A stretch of 64,000 nucleotides of DNA from Caldicoprobacterales bacterium (GCA_050949255.1 JBMNFJ010000016.1:524665-588664); one strand, 5' to 3'. Positions 36,030 through 47,486 are shown, numbered from the stretch's first letter. Notes: generated from the sequence alone by a model not told the origin. Program-made: numbers and translations.

Positions 36030-36815
36030 ATGAGTGGTGTTGCGTTTTATATATTTGGAAAACCGATTTACTGGTATGGTATCATCATAGCTCTGGGGGT
36101 AATGATAGGAATCTATTTAGCCATGAGATATGCAAAGGCTTTAGGGTATGACCAGGAAATGATAATAGATTTCTGTTTGTTGGCAATACCCATGGGGATT
36201 GTAGGTGCTCGCTTGTATTATGTGATATTTTCATGGGAGTATTATAGTAAAAATCTCATAGATGCCTTTAAAATCTGGGAAGGAGGCTTGGCAATCTATG
36301 GTGTTGTTATTGGGGGATTAATTAGCGCCTATATCTTTGCACGAAGAAGGAAAATAGATTTCTGGGACCTTTGTGATATAGTTGCTCCCAGCCTGATCTT
36401 GGGACAGGCCTTAGGTCGATGGGGCAATTTCTTTAACCAAGAAGCTTATGGATATCCCATAACCAATCCTGCCTGGCAATGGTTCCCTGCTGCAGTATTT
36501 ATTAACGATACTGGTCAGTGGCATATGGCAACTTTTTTCTATGAGTCCATGTGGAATTTCATGGTTTTCTTTTTTCTTTTATTTTACAAGAGAAAAAGGA
36601 AGAATCCCGGGGAAATGATATTACTGTACCTGATATTGTATTCTTTAGGCCGATTCTTTATTGAAGGACTAAGAACTGATAGTTTGTATTGGGGACAGTT
36701 TAGGGTATCACAGGTTTTAAGTGGTCTACTAATTATATCAGGCATTGTGATGTTCGTTATAAGGAGAAAAAAAGCACTCAGCAGTGAGAAAGAAAACCTA
36801 AAAGAAGAGGGTTAA
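36030..36815 (+). CDS. lgt: Prolipoprotein diacylglyceryl transferase
   Basis: IYWYGIIIALGV, GARLYYV, WEGGLAIYGVVIGG and GRWGNFFNQEAYG signature motifs. Confidence 0.93.
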   Translation: MSGVAFYIFGKPIYWYGIIIALGVMIGIYLAMRYAKALGYDQEMIIDFCLLAIPMGIVGARLYYVIFSWEYYSKNLIDAFKIWEGGLAIYGVVIGGLISAYIFARRRKIDFWDLCDIVAPSLILGQALGRWGNFFNQEAYGYPITNPAWQWFPAAVFINDTGQWHMATFFYESMWNFMVFFFLLFYKRKRKNPGEMILLYLILYSLGRFFIEGLRTDSLYWGQFRVSQVLSGLLIISGIVMFVIRRKKALSSEKENLKEEG

Positions 36816-36835
36816 CCCCTCTTCTTTTAGGTTTT
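36801..36835 (+). terminator. Intrinsic terminator of lgt
   Basis: AAAGAAGAGGG-TTAAC-CCCTCTTCTTT followed by TAGGTTTT. The lgt stop codon lies in the loop. Confidence 0.8.
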
Positions 36836-37073
36836 AGCTAAATTTAATTAAAAAATTCATTAAAAGATTATATTTGGGAAAAATAAAATTGGCAGGTATA
36901 CCATATTGCATATGGAATTTAGCCGTGGATTTTTATAAGGCAATAATGAATATGCACTTGTAACAAATTCCATTAATTAAATTCCCGGTTTTGGTTCAAT
37001 ATATGGGTATACCGATTATAGTGATACTGGTATATCTGAAGGAAACGCGACAAGAAGGAAAGGAGCATATAAA

Positions 37074-37460
37074 ATGGCTGATGACAATGTACGTAGGGAC
37101 GATGATCGCCAGCAAGAAGGTAGAGGCAGGGGTTGGATGGGTATAATAATTCGATTCATAGTGGCCTCCATAGTGCTTATGGTAACTGCGGCTGTTACTC
37201 CGGGATTTAGATCAATGGGGTTCGGAACGGCATTACTGGCCGCATTGATAATAGCAGCAATGGATTATGTAATTCAAAAACTTTTCAAAATAGACGCATC
37301 GCCCTTTGGCAGGGGCATATCAGGATTTATCCTATCAGCGGTAATAATATATTTAACCCAGTTTTTTGTCCCTGGTATGGAAATAAACCTTTTGGGTGCT
37401 GCTATAGCTGCCTTGATTATCGGGGTAGTTGACGCTATAATTCCTGCCCATGTATTATGA
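37074..37460 (+). CDS. DUF360 / phage-holin-4_2 superfamily small membrane protein (YvlD-like)
   Basis: 128 aa. A charged N-terminus is followed by two repeated hydrophobic units (VTPGFRSMGFGTALLAALIIA and FVPGMEINLLGAAIAALIIGVV), as in the YvlD family. RBS GGAAAGGAG. Confidence 0.55.
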   Translation: MADDNVRRDDDRQQEGRGRGWMGIIIRFIVASIVLMVTAAVTPGFRSMGFGTALLAALIIAAMDYVIQKLFKIDASPFGRGISGFILSAVIIYLTQFFVPGMEINLLGAAIAALIIGVVDAIIPAHVL

Positions 37461-37618
37461 CTTATCCTACCCACCAGGATGAAGCGTCCTCCCGACTAAT
37501 TCTGATAGTTGATGTATGATCATAAGTCTTAGGCGTGTTTTTAAGGGAACTTTATAGGTCCTCCTTATAGCACGCCCTTTGTTTTGCTCACTATCATTAT
37601 CTGAGGTTTTCAGGTTGC

Positions 37619-37647
37619 TTGAAAAAAAGCTGATGATACTGTATAAT
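37619..37647 (+). promoter_or_regulatory. SigA-type promoter for the DUF1836 gene
   Basis: TTGAAA, exactly 17 nt, TATAAT. ATG 37689 lies 42 nt downstream, with RBS GAAGAGGTG. Confidence 0.65.
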
Positions 37648-37688
37648 GGGGTTGACAAGACCCTATTGTATGATGAAGAGGTGCAACC

Positions 37689-38300
37689 ATGACCATTGAA
37701 TCATTTATGGTTAGAGATGACATCCAGGAATTTATCAAGGAAATAAAAGCATATGACAGCATTCGCCTGGACGAAATCCCTGAATATCGTTTATTTATTT
37801 CCCAAATTGAGGAATTCTTTGATAAAAAACTGGGTAAGAACACAGATGATGATGAAGATCGAAAAACTATCTCTAAAACCATGATCCAGAACTATATTAA
37901 GGATGGGCTTATTATGCCTCCGGAAGGTAAATCATATAATCGAAACCATATAATATTGTTGGCGTTAATATATAATTTAAAACCCATACTTACAATTAGG
38001 GATATAAAGAAACTCCTGTTGCCAATCTTGGAAATGGCTGATGATGATAGCCAAACAAATAAAATAGAGAGTATGTATAGTACATATTTTGCCCTGAAGG
38101 AATCCTATTTAGACGAATTTATTAATTTAATAGAGCATGACTTAAAAATTATGGATGAAAAACTGAATGAGGAATATAACGGAGAATGGCAAAAGATACC
38201 TAAAATATTGCTGGTTTTAATGTTAATAACCCAGGCAAATATACGGAAAAGATTAGCCGAGCGTATAATAGAATTGTACTTTAACACTGAGGAGAGTTAG
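37689..38300 (+). CDS. DUF1836 family protein
   Basis: ISKTMIQNYIKDGLIMPPEGKSYNRNHIILLALIYNLKPILTIRDIKKLL matches the conserved DUF1836 core as I remember it. Confidence 0.6.
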   Translation: MTIESFMVRDDIQEFIKEIKAYDSIRLDEIPEYRLFISQIEEFFDKKLGKNTDDDEDRKTISKTMIQNYIKDGLIMPPEGKSYNRNHIILLALIYNLKPILTIRDIKKLLLPILEMADDDSQTNKIESMYSTYFALKESYLDEFINLIEHDLKIMDEKLNEEYNGEWQKIPKILLVLMLITQANIRKRLAERIIELYFNTEES

Positions 38301-38498
38301 TCTCAAACCAGATTGCCTAATTTTATTATTGTTAGCTAATATGATGATTTATAAGGAAGCAAAGGGGGCTGTTTAGCCCTCTTTGTAGTATCGGTATTTG
38401 GGTTGGACCGAAACATTTCCTTATTGGGGAAAGATTACAAAATACAGCAGTCATCCTTGTAAAAACCGTTGAGTTCCAAATATAAAGTTTTATAAGCG

Positions 38499-38527
38499 TT
38501 GAAAAACGGTTATAAATACTATATAAT
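38499..38527 (+). promoter_or_regulatory. Consensus SigA-type promoter for the small basic protein gene
   Basis: TTGAAA, exactly 17 nt, TATAAT, 70 nt upstream of ATG 38597. Confidence 0.65.
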
Positions 38528-38596
38528 AGAGTTAATATATCAGTGTGTCACGTGTATAAAAACTCTCAACAGGGATAAGTGCAAGGGGGAGGCTGG

Positions 38597-38923
38597 ATGA
38601 AAAAAAGGAGTATAAGACCAAGAGGAGATGGTAGGCAAAGAACTAAACAACATAAGAGAAATTTTCTACACGGGAATTACATATATGTAACTGATCATGC
38701 GATAACCAGATACCGGCAACGGATAAAGAGGATCAGCTATCAAAACGCTAAATATTCCATTATCGAGAACGTAAAGAGAAGCAGGCTTATAGCCTTGACG
38801 AAGTATGGGGGACGGGAGATACGGGAAAACCGCGGTGTGATTTATGTGTGTGAGCTTCAGGGTAATTGCCTGTATGTAATAACAATACTGAACGGTGAAG
38901 TTGACATTAGATTTGTAGTTTAA
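38597..38923 (+). CDS. Small basic hypothetical protein (108 aa)
   Basis: ATG 38597 follows GGGGGAGG. The N-terminus is Arg/Lys-rich (KKRSIRPRGDGRQRTKQHKR), followed by VTDHAITRYRQR and a beta-rich C-terminus. No family firmly recognised. Confidence 0.5.
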   Translation: MKKRSIRPRGDGRQRTKQHKRNFLHGNYIYVTDHAITRYRQRIKRISYQNAKYSIIENVKRSRLIALTKYGGREIRENRGVIYVCELQGNCLYVITILNGEVDIRFVV

Positions 38924-39070
38924 TAAGTAAAATGGTATAGGGACAATACAAGGTATTAACCTTATTTGTCTCTATTTAATATTGTCGTTTTATGAAAATC
39001 TATGGCATTATCTTAGATTAGGTAGTATAATATTAACAATACAGAAATAATTTTTCTAGAGGCGATAAAT

Positions 39071-40507
39071 GTGAGAAACTTAACAATGTTGACAGACCTT
39101 TATCAGTTGACCATGATGTATGGCTATGATATAGCAGGGAAATCCGATGAAGTCGTGGTTTTTGATTTATTTTTCAGGAGAAATTCAGGAGATAGCGCCT
39201 ATGCTGTTGCTGCTGGATTGGAACAAGCTATAGAATATATAGAAAACCTGCATTTCTCTGAAGATGATATAGAATATCTCCGAGATTTGGGGTTGTTCAA
39301 TGAGGACTTTCTGAAAAGACTAGAGAATATTAGGTTTACAGGTGATATCGATGCCATTCCAGAAGGTACTGTTGTATTCCCAAACGAGCCCCTTATCCGT
39401 GTTAAGGCGCCAATATTTGAAGCACAGCTAATAGAGACAGCTCTGCTCAATATTGTAAACCATCAGACTTTGATTGCTACAAAGGCTAGTCGAGTAGTTC
39501 AGGCTGCACAAGGCGACAGCGTATTGGAATTTGGATTAAGGCGGGCGCAGGGACCGGATGCGGGGATATATGGGGCTAGGGCCGCCATAATCGGAGGTTG
39601 TGATGCTACTTCCAATGTATTAGCGGGTAAGAAGTTCGGTATCCCTGTTCAAGGCACCCATGCCCATAGCTGGATAATGAGCTTCCCTACTGAACTGGAT
39701 GCCTTTAGGGCATATGCCGATGCTTTTCCCAATAGCTGTTTGCTACTGGTGGATACCTATGATACCTTGAGAAGCGGTGTTCCTAACGCCATAACGGTGT
39801 TCAAAGAAATGCGAGAAAAAGGCCTCGAACCAGTAGGTATTCGTCTGGATTCAGGGGATCTGGCTTATTTAAGCAAGGAAGCAAGAAAGATGCTCAATGA
39901 AGCGGGTTTTCCTAATGCAAAGATAGTAGCCTCAAGCGATTTGGATGAAGATGTTATTTGGGATCTAAAAGCCCAAGGGGCAGCGATTGATGTTTGGGGT
40001 GTGGGAACTGCCATGATAACGAGCAAAAATTGTCCTGCCCTAGGTGGCGTGTACAAGCTAGTGGCAGAAGAAGTAAATGGTGAATTGGTTCCCAAAATAA
40101 AAATCTCCGAGAATGCATTTAAGATAACCAACCCGGGATATAAAAAGGTTTTTCGCCTTTATGATAAAGAAACCCATAAGGCAATTGCTGACTTAATAAC
40201 GCTGGATCATGAAACCATAGATGAAACCAAGCCCCTAACTATCTTCGATCCTGTTGATACATGGAAACGGATGACCTTAACGAATTTTAAGGCCAGGCAG
40301 TTATTAGTGCCGATATACAGAAAAGGGAAGCGGGTTTATGAGTTGCCATCCCTTATGGACATTCAGAAGTATGCAAAAAAAGAGATGAGCACGTTATGGG
40401 CAGAATACAAACGATTGACAAAACCCCATGTATACAAAGTAGACCTGTCCGTTGAGCTATATAACTTGAAGAATCGACTTTTGGAAGAATATTCTTTTGA
40501 AAAATAG
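39071..40507 (+). CDS. pncB: Nicotinate phosphoribosyltransferase
   Basis: LTMLTDLYQLTMMYGY N-terminus, GLRRAQGPD, GTHAHSW and IRLDSGDL motifs. GTG start. Confidence 0.93.
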   Translation: MRNLTMLTDLYQLTMMYGYDIAGKSDEVVVFDLFFRRNSGDSAYAVAAGLEQAIEYIENLHFSEDDIEYLRDLGLFNEDFLKRLENIRFTGDIDAIPEGTVVFPNEPLIRVKAPIFEAQLIETALLNIVNHQTLIATKASRVVQAAQGDSVLEFGLRRAQGPDAGIYGARAAIIGGCDATSNVLAGKKFGIPVQGTHAHSWIMSFPTELDAFRAYADAFPNSCLLLVDTYDTLRSGVPNAITVFKEMREKGLEPVGIRLDSGDLAYLSKEARKMLNEAGFPNAKIVASSDLDEDVIWDLKAQGAAIDVWGVGTAMITSKNCPALGGVYKLVAEEVNGELVPKIKISENAFKITNPGYKKVFRLYDKETHKAIADLITLDHETIDETKPLTIFDPVDTWKRMTLTNFKARQLLVPIYRKGKRVYELPSLMDIQKYAKKEMSTLWAEYKRLTKPHVYKVDLSVELYNLKNRLLEEYSFEK

Positions 40508-40514
40508 AGGATCT

Positions 40515-40557
40515 AGGACCTCCCCACAGTGTTGATAGTGGGGAGGTCCTTTTATTA
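40515..40557 (+). terminator. Intrinsic terminator of pncB
   Basis: AGGACCTCCCCA-12 nt-TGGGGAGGTCCT is a 12-bp perfect stem followed by TTTTATT. Confidence 0.88.
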
Positions 40558-40635
40558 TCACCTATTAGCAGTATAGCACATATTATATATAAATATTTCC
40601 TATCGCTATGTTGTAAGAAATTGGATGGTGGTAAT

Positions 40636-41523
40636 ATGAGATTTGGACTGGCTTTATCGGGTGGTGGTATAAGAGGGGTTGCACACATAGGGGTTTTAAA
40701 GGCCTTAGAAGAAGAAGGTATGGTGCCCTCTTGGATAGCCGGTACCAGCGCTGGTAGTATAGTTGCAGGTCTCTACGCTTATGGTTACTCAACCCAGGAA
40801 TTGGTGGAAATAGCCGTTGATCTCCAGCCTAAATATATAGATCCAAATTTTTCAGGAATGGCTCTGGGATTTGGACAATGGATTATGGGTATGGAGCCCT
40901 GTGTTGATGGTTTAGTAAAGGGTAAGGCTATAGAAAAGTATCTGAAAAAAATAACAGGCGGTATTAAGATGAGTGATATAAAAATGCCGCTGGCTATAAC
41001 GGCTGTTGATATAAATAAAGCTGATTCTGTTATTTTCCTCAACAGGCGGATAGATATTCCGGCTGACGATGATACCGTATATATATACGATATGGATCTC
41101 TATAAAGCAATCAGGGCTAGTATTGCTATTCCCGTAGTTTTTAAGCCCATTATTATAGACGGAAAACGCCTGGTGGATGGTGGGGTAACCAATAATCTTC
41201 CTATCGATGTCCTTAGAAAGATGGGGGCAAGAAGGATAGTTGGTGTGGATTTAGGGTATAATGGACAACTTAGGAGTGATGTTGATAATATAATTGAAAT
41301 TGGCAGTCAGGCCTTGGATATCATGGCATACCAGATAACCTCTTTTAAGAGCTATGGCGCTGATTATATACTAAGACCTGGAATCTACGATGTTGCAATC
41401 AGAGATTCACGAAAACTAATGGAGTGCATTGATAGGGGCTATAATAGCGCCAAAGAGAATATTAAAATGATAAGAAAGGCAATTTTTAGTAGCCCTTCGA
41501 CATCGCTATTCTACAGAATTTAG
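40636..41523 (+). CDS. Patatin-like phospholipase
   Basis: GGGIRG oxyanion motif, GTSAG nucleophile elbow (G-x-S-x-G) and DGG catalytic Asp motif (LVDGGVTNN). Confidence 0.88.
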   Translation: MRFGLALSGGGIRGVAHIGVLKALEEEGMVPSWIAGTSAGSIVAGLYAYGYSTQELVEIAVDLQPKYIDPNFSGMALGFGQWIMGMEPCVDGLVKGKAIEKYLKKITGGIKMSDIKMPLAITAVDINKADSVIFLNRRIDIPADDDTVYIYDMDLYKAIRASIAIPVVFKPIIIDGKRLVDGGVTNNLPIDVLRKMGARRIVGVDLGYNGQLRSDVDNIIEIGSQALDIMAYQITSFKSYGADYILRPGIYDVAIRDSRKLMECIDRGYNSAKENIKMIRKAIFSSPSTSLFYRI

Positions 41524-41760
41524 ACCTGTATGGATGATATATTATATATGGGAGAATAATTACATGGTTAACTCCCCTAGAGCATACAGAAAGAAACCCA
41601 TACAAAATATTGTATCATACTACTGGATAGCTAAAAACTGCATTTATTATGGTAAGAGTACAATTATAGTACTTTCCGGGGAACCATTATACAGGCTATG
41701 ATGCAGGTCAAATATGGGGATAAACTCAGATAACGAATTCCAGGAGGTGCTGGCTTACCA

Positions 41761-42255
41761 ATGAAGAAGTTTAGGATATCCTTATTTGGATATTGCAAAA
41801 AACAGGTAAATGCATATGTTCTGAGCCTAAGGAAGGATTATGAAAAAGAGCTTTCCAAAGGGAAGGATAGATTATGGGAAGTAAATGCAGAAAATAGAGA
41901 ATTGAAGGCTAAACTATTGGAGTATCAGGAAAGGTTATCGAAGTATGGTGAACAGGAATTATATATTTCAAAGGCTTTGGTGAAAGCCGAAGAAAGTGCC
42001 CAGGCTATATTAAGAGAAAGTTATCAAAAAATAGAGATCGAAAGGTTAAAAATAAACCAGGAGAAAGAGAAATGGAAGACTAGGGAAAAGGAAATCATGA
42101 AACAGCTCCTGGATTTTCAAAATAAGGCCTATGAGCTGATGGAATCCTTCCAATCGGAGATTAACTATCTTACATCCAAAGAATTGATGTTGGCTGATGG
42201 TGAAGATAATGACAGTCGGACAGAGATAAGCAAGGATTTATTAAGTATTAGTTAA
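41761..42255 (+). CDS. DivIVA-domain coiled-coil protein
   Basis: The N-terminal FRISLFGYCKKQVNAYVLSL resembles the DivIVA F-x3-GY-x3-V-x2-(F/Y)L motif. The rest is heptad-rich K/E coiled coil. Confidence 0.55.
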   Translation: MKKFRISLFGYCKKQVNAYVLSLRKDYEKELSKGKDRLWEVNAENRELKAKLLEYQERLSKYGEQELYISKALVKAEESAQAILRESYQKIEIERLKINQEKEKWKTREKEIMKQLLDFQNKAYELMESFQSEINYLTSKELMLADGEDNDSRTEISKDLLSIS

Positions 42256-42272
42256 GCAAAAATAATAAGCTG

Positions 42273-42309
42273 GAGCCTTGATAGAGAATATCAGGGCTCT
42301 ACTTTTTTA
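42273..42309 (+). terminator. Intrinsic terminator of the DivIVA-like gene
   Basis: GAGCCTTGATA-GAGAA-TATCAGGGCTC (one G-U pair) followed by TACTTTTTT. Confidence 0.8.
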
Positions 42310-42544
42310 CTTGATAGTTACTCTTTTGGTGGTAATAACCGCCTCTAATGACTTTGCCAGGAACTTGGATTTTACACCCTCCTTGCAAATTAGACAAAAA
42401 GTGATACAATACTAAACATGAATTAACCTTTAGTACCAGGTCAATAGCCATTATTGCTAGCTATGAGTTGATTTGATACGTTTGATGCTATAAGCAGAAG
42501 GAATATAAGACAATATCATACCATTACGGTGAGTTTAGATTTAA

Positions 42545-43168
42545 ATGATGGAAACTTGGAGGAAAATCATATTGTACAAAAAAAACAATACTAAACTGCT
42601 GTTTGATATATTCATAACATTCTTCAAGATAGGTTCCGTTACCTTTGGTGGGGGGTATGCAATGATACCTCTAATAGAAAGGGAGGTAATATCCAATAAA
42701 GGTTGGATTAAAAATGATGAAGAAATTATAGACGTGTTCGCAGTTTCGGAATCCATACCGGGAGCCATTGCAATAAACTCATCCACCTTTGTGGGGTATA
42801 AGATAGCGGGGAGAAATGGTGCAATAGCGGCTATGATGGGCGTAGTGCTACCTTCATTCATTATCATCACCCTTATTGCGACTTTCTTTTCTAAATTTCA
42901 AGACAACGAGATCGTTAAAGCGGCATTTATGGGTATTCGGTCCGCTGTAGTGGCTCTGATTCTAATGGCTGCTATAAAGGTAGGAAAAAAGGCGATAAGG
43001 GATAAGCTTGCAACTGTCATTACCATAGCAACCGTAGTACTGATACTTATACTAGACATACACGCTATATTTACTATAATAGGCGGGGCACTAGTAGGGC
43101 TGATTGTCTACTTTACCTTACCCCATAAATTAAAGGATATCCATGGGGAAGGGGGAAATGTTAATTGA
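42545..43168 (+). CDS. Chromate transporter (CHR) family, short-chain half 1
   Basis: FKIGSVTFGGGYAMIPLIEREV motif, about 200 aa, hydrophobic. Paired with the next gene by a TTGA overlap. Confidence 0.82.
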   Translation: MMETWRKIILYKKNNTKLLFDIFITFFKIGSVTFGGGYAMIPLIEREVISNKGWIKNDEEIIDVFAVSESIPGAIAINSSTFVGYKIAGRNGAIAAMMGVVLPSFIIITLIATFFSKFQDNEIVKAAFMGIRSAVVALILMAAIKVGKKAIRDKLATVITIATVVLILILDIHAIFTIIGGALVGLIVYFTLPHKLKDIHGEGGNVN

Positions 43169-43749
43169 TATATATAAAACTCCTCCTTACCTTTATGAAG
43201 ATTGGATTATTTAGCTTTGGTGGAGGCTATGCCATGATTCCGATGATAGAAAAGGAAATAGAAGGTCATGGCTGGCTGAGTGCTACTGAGTTTTTTGATA
43301 TAGTGGCTATAGCTGAGATGACCCCCGGTCCTATAGCTGTAAATTCAGCGACCTTTGTAGGTTATAGGACCGCAGGATATTTTGGGGGACTTATTGCTAC
43401 TATAGGGGTAGCCATACCATCCCTGGTTCTCATACTAATAATATCCAGGTATTTTTTTAAGTTTCAAAAACACCCGTTAAATACCGCAGTCTTCTATGGG
43501 GTACGACCTGTTATAGCCGGGCTTATTGCAACAGCGGCTGTTTTTGTTTCAGAGACTGCAATTTTTAAAGAAAAGCTTACTACCAACCTTATCTTACAGC
43601 TGTTTTGCAATCCACTGAATGTTTTGAATATAGGTAGTATATTTATTTTTATTGTTTCCTTTATCATCCTAAGGAGAACAAAGTTCCACCCCATGCTAGT
43701 AATTGCCTTATCAGGGACTTTGGGGATACTACTGTTTTATGTATTTTAA
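43165..43749 (+). CDS. Chromate transporter (CHR) family, short-chain half 2
   Basis: MKIGLFSFGGGYAMIPMIEKEI motif. TTG 43165 overlaps the stop of half 1. Confidence 0.82.
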   Translation: MIYIKLLLTFMKIGLFSFGGGYAMIPMIEKEIEGHGWLSATEFFDIVAIAEMTPGPIAVNSATFVGYRTAGYFGGLIATIGVAIPSLVLILIISRYFFKFQKHPLNTAVFYGVRPVIAGLIATAAVFVSETAIFKEKLTTNLILQLFCNPLNVLNIGSIFIFIVSFIILRRTKFHPMLVIALSGTLGILLFYVF

Positions 43750-43837
43750 GGCTACAAAAGTAGCCAAATGGAAAGTAAAAGTTGCCATGCATGGGATTAT
43801 AAGGAAATAACCAAGAACAATGTAAAGGCGGGATATA

Positions 43838-44956
43838 ATGCCACCGGTGAGCCTTCTAATAAAACCTGCATCCAGTAATTGCAATATGAGATGTAAGTAT
43901 TGTTTTTATCATTCTTTAGCCGAAAACAGGAATGTAAGATCCTATGGGATTATGGATATTGAGACCCTGGAAATTTTGGTCGAAAAAACTTTGAATTTTT
44001 CAGATGTTACTTGCACTTTTGCATTTCAGGGTGGGGAACCTACCCTGGCGGGACTGTACTTTTTTGAAAAACTGATAGAATTTCAAAGAAAGTATAATAA
44101 AAAGGGCATAAAGATCAATAACACTATACAGACCAACGGTATGGTCATCGATGAAGAGTGGGCAAAATACCTTTCCGATAACGACTTTCTAGTAGGCTTG
44201 TCATTAGATGGAACCAAGGATATACATGACATGAGCAGAGTAGACTCCAGGAATAAGGGCACCTTTAACAGAGTTATGAAAACCGTTGATCTGTTCAACA
44301 AACATAAGGTGGAATACAACATTCTATTTGTGGTCAATTCAGGAGTAGCCAGACGCATAACCAAGATATACAATTTTTTCAAGAGAAACGGTTTCAGATT
44401 TATACAGTTTATACCCTGCCTGGATCCTCTGGGCGAACAGCCGGGAAGGTTTCCTTATTCTTTAACACCTGAAAGGTTTGCTGGTTTTTTAAAGACCTTA
44501 TTTGACGCCTGGTATACTGATATTAAAAAAGGCAATATGATAAGTATAAGATATTTTGATAACTTGGTTGGAATGATAATGGGATATCCACCAGAAAATT
44601 GTGGTATGTCCGGAATATGTCAAGTTCAATTTGTGGTGGAGGCTGACGGTGGAGTCTATCCCTGTGATTTTTATGTTCTTGATGAATGGTGTATGGGAAA
44701 CCTTAAGACACAGGAACTGGATGAGCTGCGGGAATCTCAAGCCGCAAGAGACTTTGTGGAAGTCTCAAGATATATTGATCCTAAATGCAGGCAATGTAAA
44801 TGGGTAAATTTGTGCAGAGGTGGGTGTAGGAGAAATAGAGAGCCTTTTATAGATGATAAGCCTGTCCTGAATTACTTTTGCTCCTCCTATATGGACTTTT
44901 TTGAATATGCCGCTCCAAGACTATACGAATTGGCTATGTTATTTAGCGATAGATAA
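43838..44956 (+). CDS. Radical SAM / SPASM maturase of the anaerobic sulfatase-maturating enzyme (anSME) type
   Basis: CNMRCKYCFY (CxxxCxxC) at the N-terminus, GGEPTL, and C-terminal SPASM cysteines (CGMSGIC...YPCDFY...CRQCKWVNLCRGGC). Confidence 0.82.
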   Translation: MPPVSLLIKPASSNCNMRCKYCFYHSLAENRNVRSYGIMDIETLEILVEKTLNFSDVTCTFAFQGGEPTLAGLYFFEKLIEFQRKYNKKGIKINNTIQTNGMVIDEEWAKYLSDNDFLVGLSLDGTKDIHDMSRVDSRNKGTFNRVMKTVDLFNKHKVEYNILFVVNSGVARRITKIYNFFKRNGFRFIQFIPCLDPLGEQPGRFPYSLTPERFAGFLKTLFDAWYTDIKKGNMISIRYFDNLVGMIMGYPPENCGMSGICQVQFVVEADGGVYPCDFYVLDEWCMGNLKTQELDELRESQAARDFVEVSRYIDPKCRQCKWVNLCRGGCRRNREPFIDDKPVLNYFCSSYMDFFEYAAPRLYELAMLFSDR

Positions 44957-44980
44957 TATTGGGATAAGGCAGTGGACAGA

Positions 44981-45130
44981 ATGGCTCAAGTAATCAAGAA
45001 AATAGGTCGGATAGTATTAAACTACATCAAACTGTTCCTAATTCCCTTTGTGTTTGTATTTATTATATTGGCCTTGTTGGTGAAAGGTATAAAAATCCTT
45101 GTTAAGAAACTAATCCAAAATAGGGAATAG
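44981..45130 (+). CDS. Possible 49-aa single-TM small protein (not in the ORF track; below 60 aa)
   Basis: MAQVIKKIGRIVLNYIKLFLIPFVFVFIILALLVKGIKILVKKLIQNRE. It starts 24 nt after the anSME-like stop, has only a weak SD (GTGGA), and is followed by a hairpin plus T-run. Confidence 0.3.
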   Translation: MAQVIKKIGRIVLNYIKLFLIPFVFVFIILALLVKGIKILVKKLIQNRE

Positions 45131-45137
45131 GGAGCCA

Positions 45138-45163
45138 GGACAGACGATATCGTTTGCCTTTTT
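45138..45163 (+). terminator. Probable intrinsic terminator ending the anSME-like / small-ORF transcript
   Basis: GG(A)CAGACG-ATAT-CGTTTG.CC stem (one G-U, one bulge) followed by TTTTT. Confidence 0.5.
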
Positions 45164-45181
45164 ATGCATAATACATAAATT

Positions 45182-45222
45182 AAAAAGAGAAGAGGGGTTG
45201 TTATTCTACCTACTCTTCTCTC
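45182..45222 (-). terminator. Intrinsic terminator of groEL
   Basis: The minus strand reads GAGAAGAG-18 nt-CTCTTCTC followed by TTTTTAATTT, about 55 nt past the groEL stop. Confidence 0.65.
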
Positions 45223-45277
45223 AAAAAATACAGTTATTAGTCTTCTTATATTGACCTTTGGTTATGGGCTTATTTTA

Positions 45278-47217
<1,940 letters not shown>

Positions 47218-47256
47218 TTATTACCCTCCTCTTTATGTAATTTAGCTTAAAGATTG

Positions 47257-47283
47257 TTAGCACTCTTCAAGGGTGAGTGCTAA
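47257..47283 (-). promoter_or_regulatory. CIRCE operator (HrcA binding site) of the groESL operon
   Basis: TTAGCACTC-N9-GAGTGCTAA is a perfect match to the CIRCE consensus, 43 nt upstream of the groES ATG. Confidence 0.95.
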
Positions 47284-47293
47284 TTCAATTTAT

Positions 47294-47322
47294 AGTTTAT
47301 AGAAAAGCACTTATGTTGGCAA
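47294..47322 (-). promoter_or_regulatory. Probable SigA-type promoter of groESL
   Basis: The minus strand reads TTGCCA, 17 nt, TAAACT (alternatively TATAAA with a 15-nt spacer). This places the start just upstream of CIRCE, as in other Firmicutes. Confidence 0.4.
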
Positions 47323-47457
47323 ATGCTGTATTTGGGGTATAATCATGGTATATAACTAAAATGGGAAAGTTTATTAAAATATCTCTCAAATACTCTGTAA
47401 ACCTTTAGAATACAACATGGCTTAAATCATCGAGATATTCAGGTTCAAAGTACGCTG

Positions 47458-47486
47458 TTGACAAGGTTTCCAGATCCTGTTAGAAT
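47458..47486 (+). promoter_or_regulatory. Consensus-like SigA promoter for the transglutaminase-like gene
   Basis: TTGACA, exactly 17 nt, TAGAAT preceded by TGT (extended -10), divergent from groESL. Confidence 0.65.

Noticed and set aside
37074-37460. The holin-superfamily similarity considered as evidence for a prophage or lysis cassette
   Set aside because: No endolysin, capsid, tail, integrase or att-like repeats are nearby. The DUF360/YvlD family is widespread as a chromosomal membrane protein.
41564-41701. 45-aa ORF (MVNSPRAYRKKPIQNIVSYYWIAKNCIYYGKSTIIVLSGEPLYRL) in the patatin / DivIVA-like spacer
   Set aside because: A weak GGGAGA SD is the only support. It shows no hydrophobic or Cys pattern and no terminator, and conservation cannot be assessed here.
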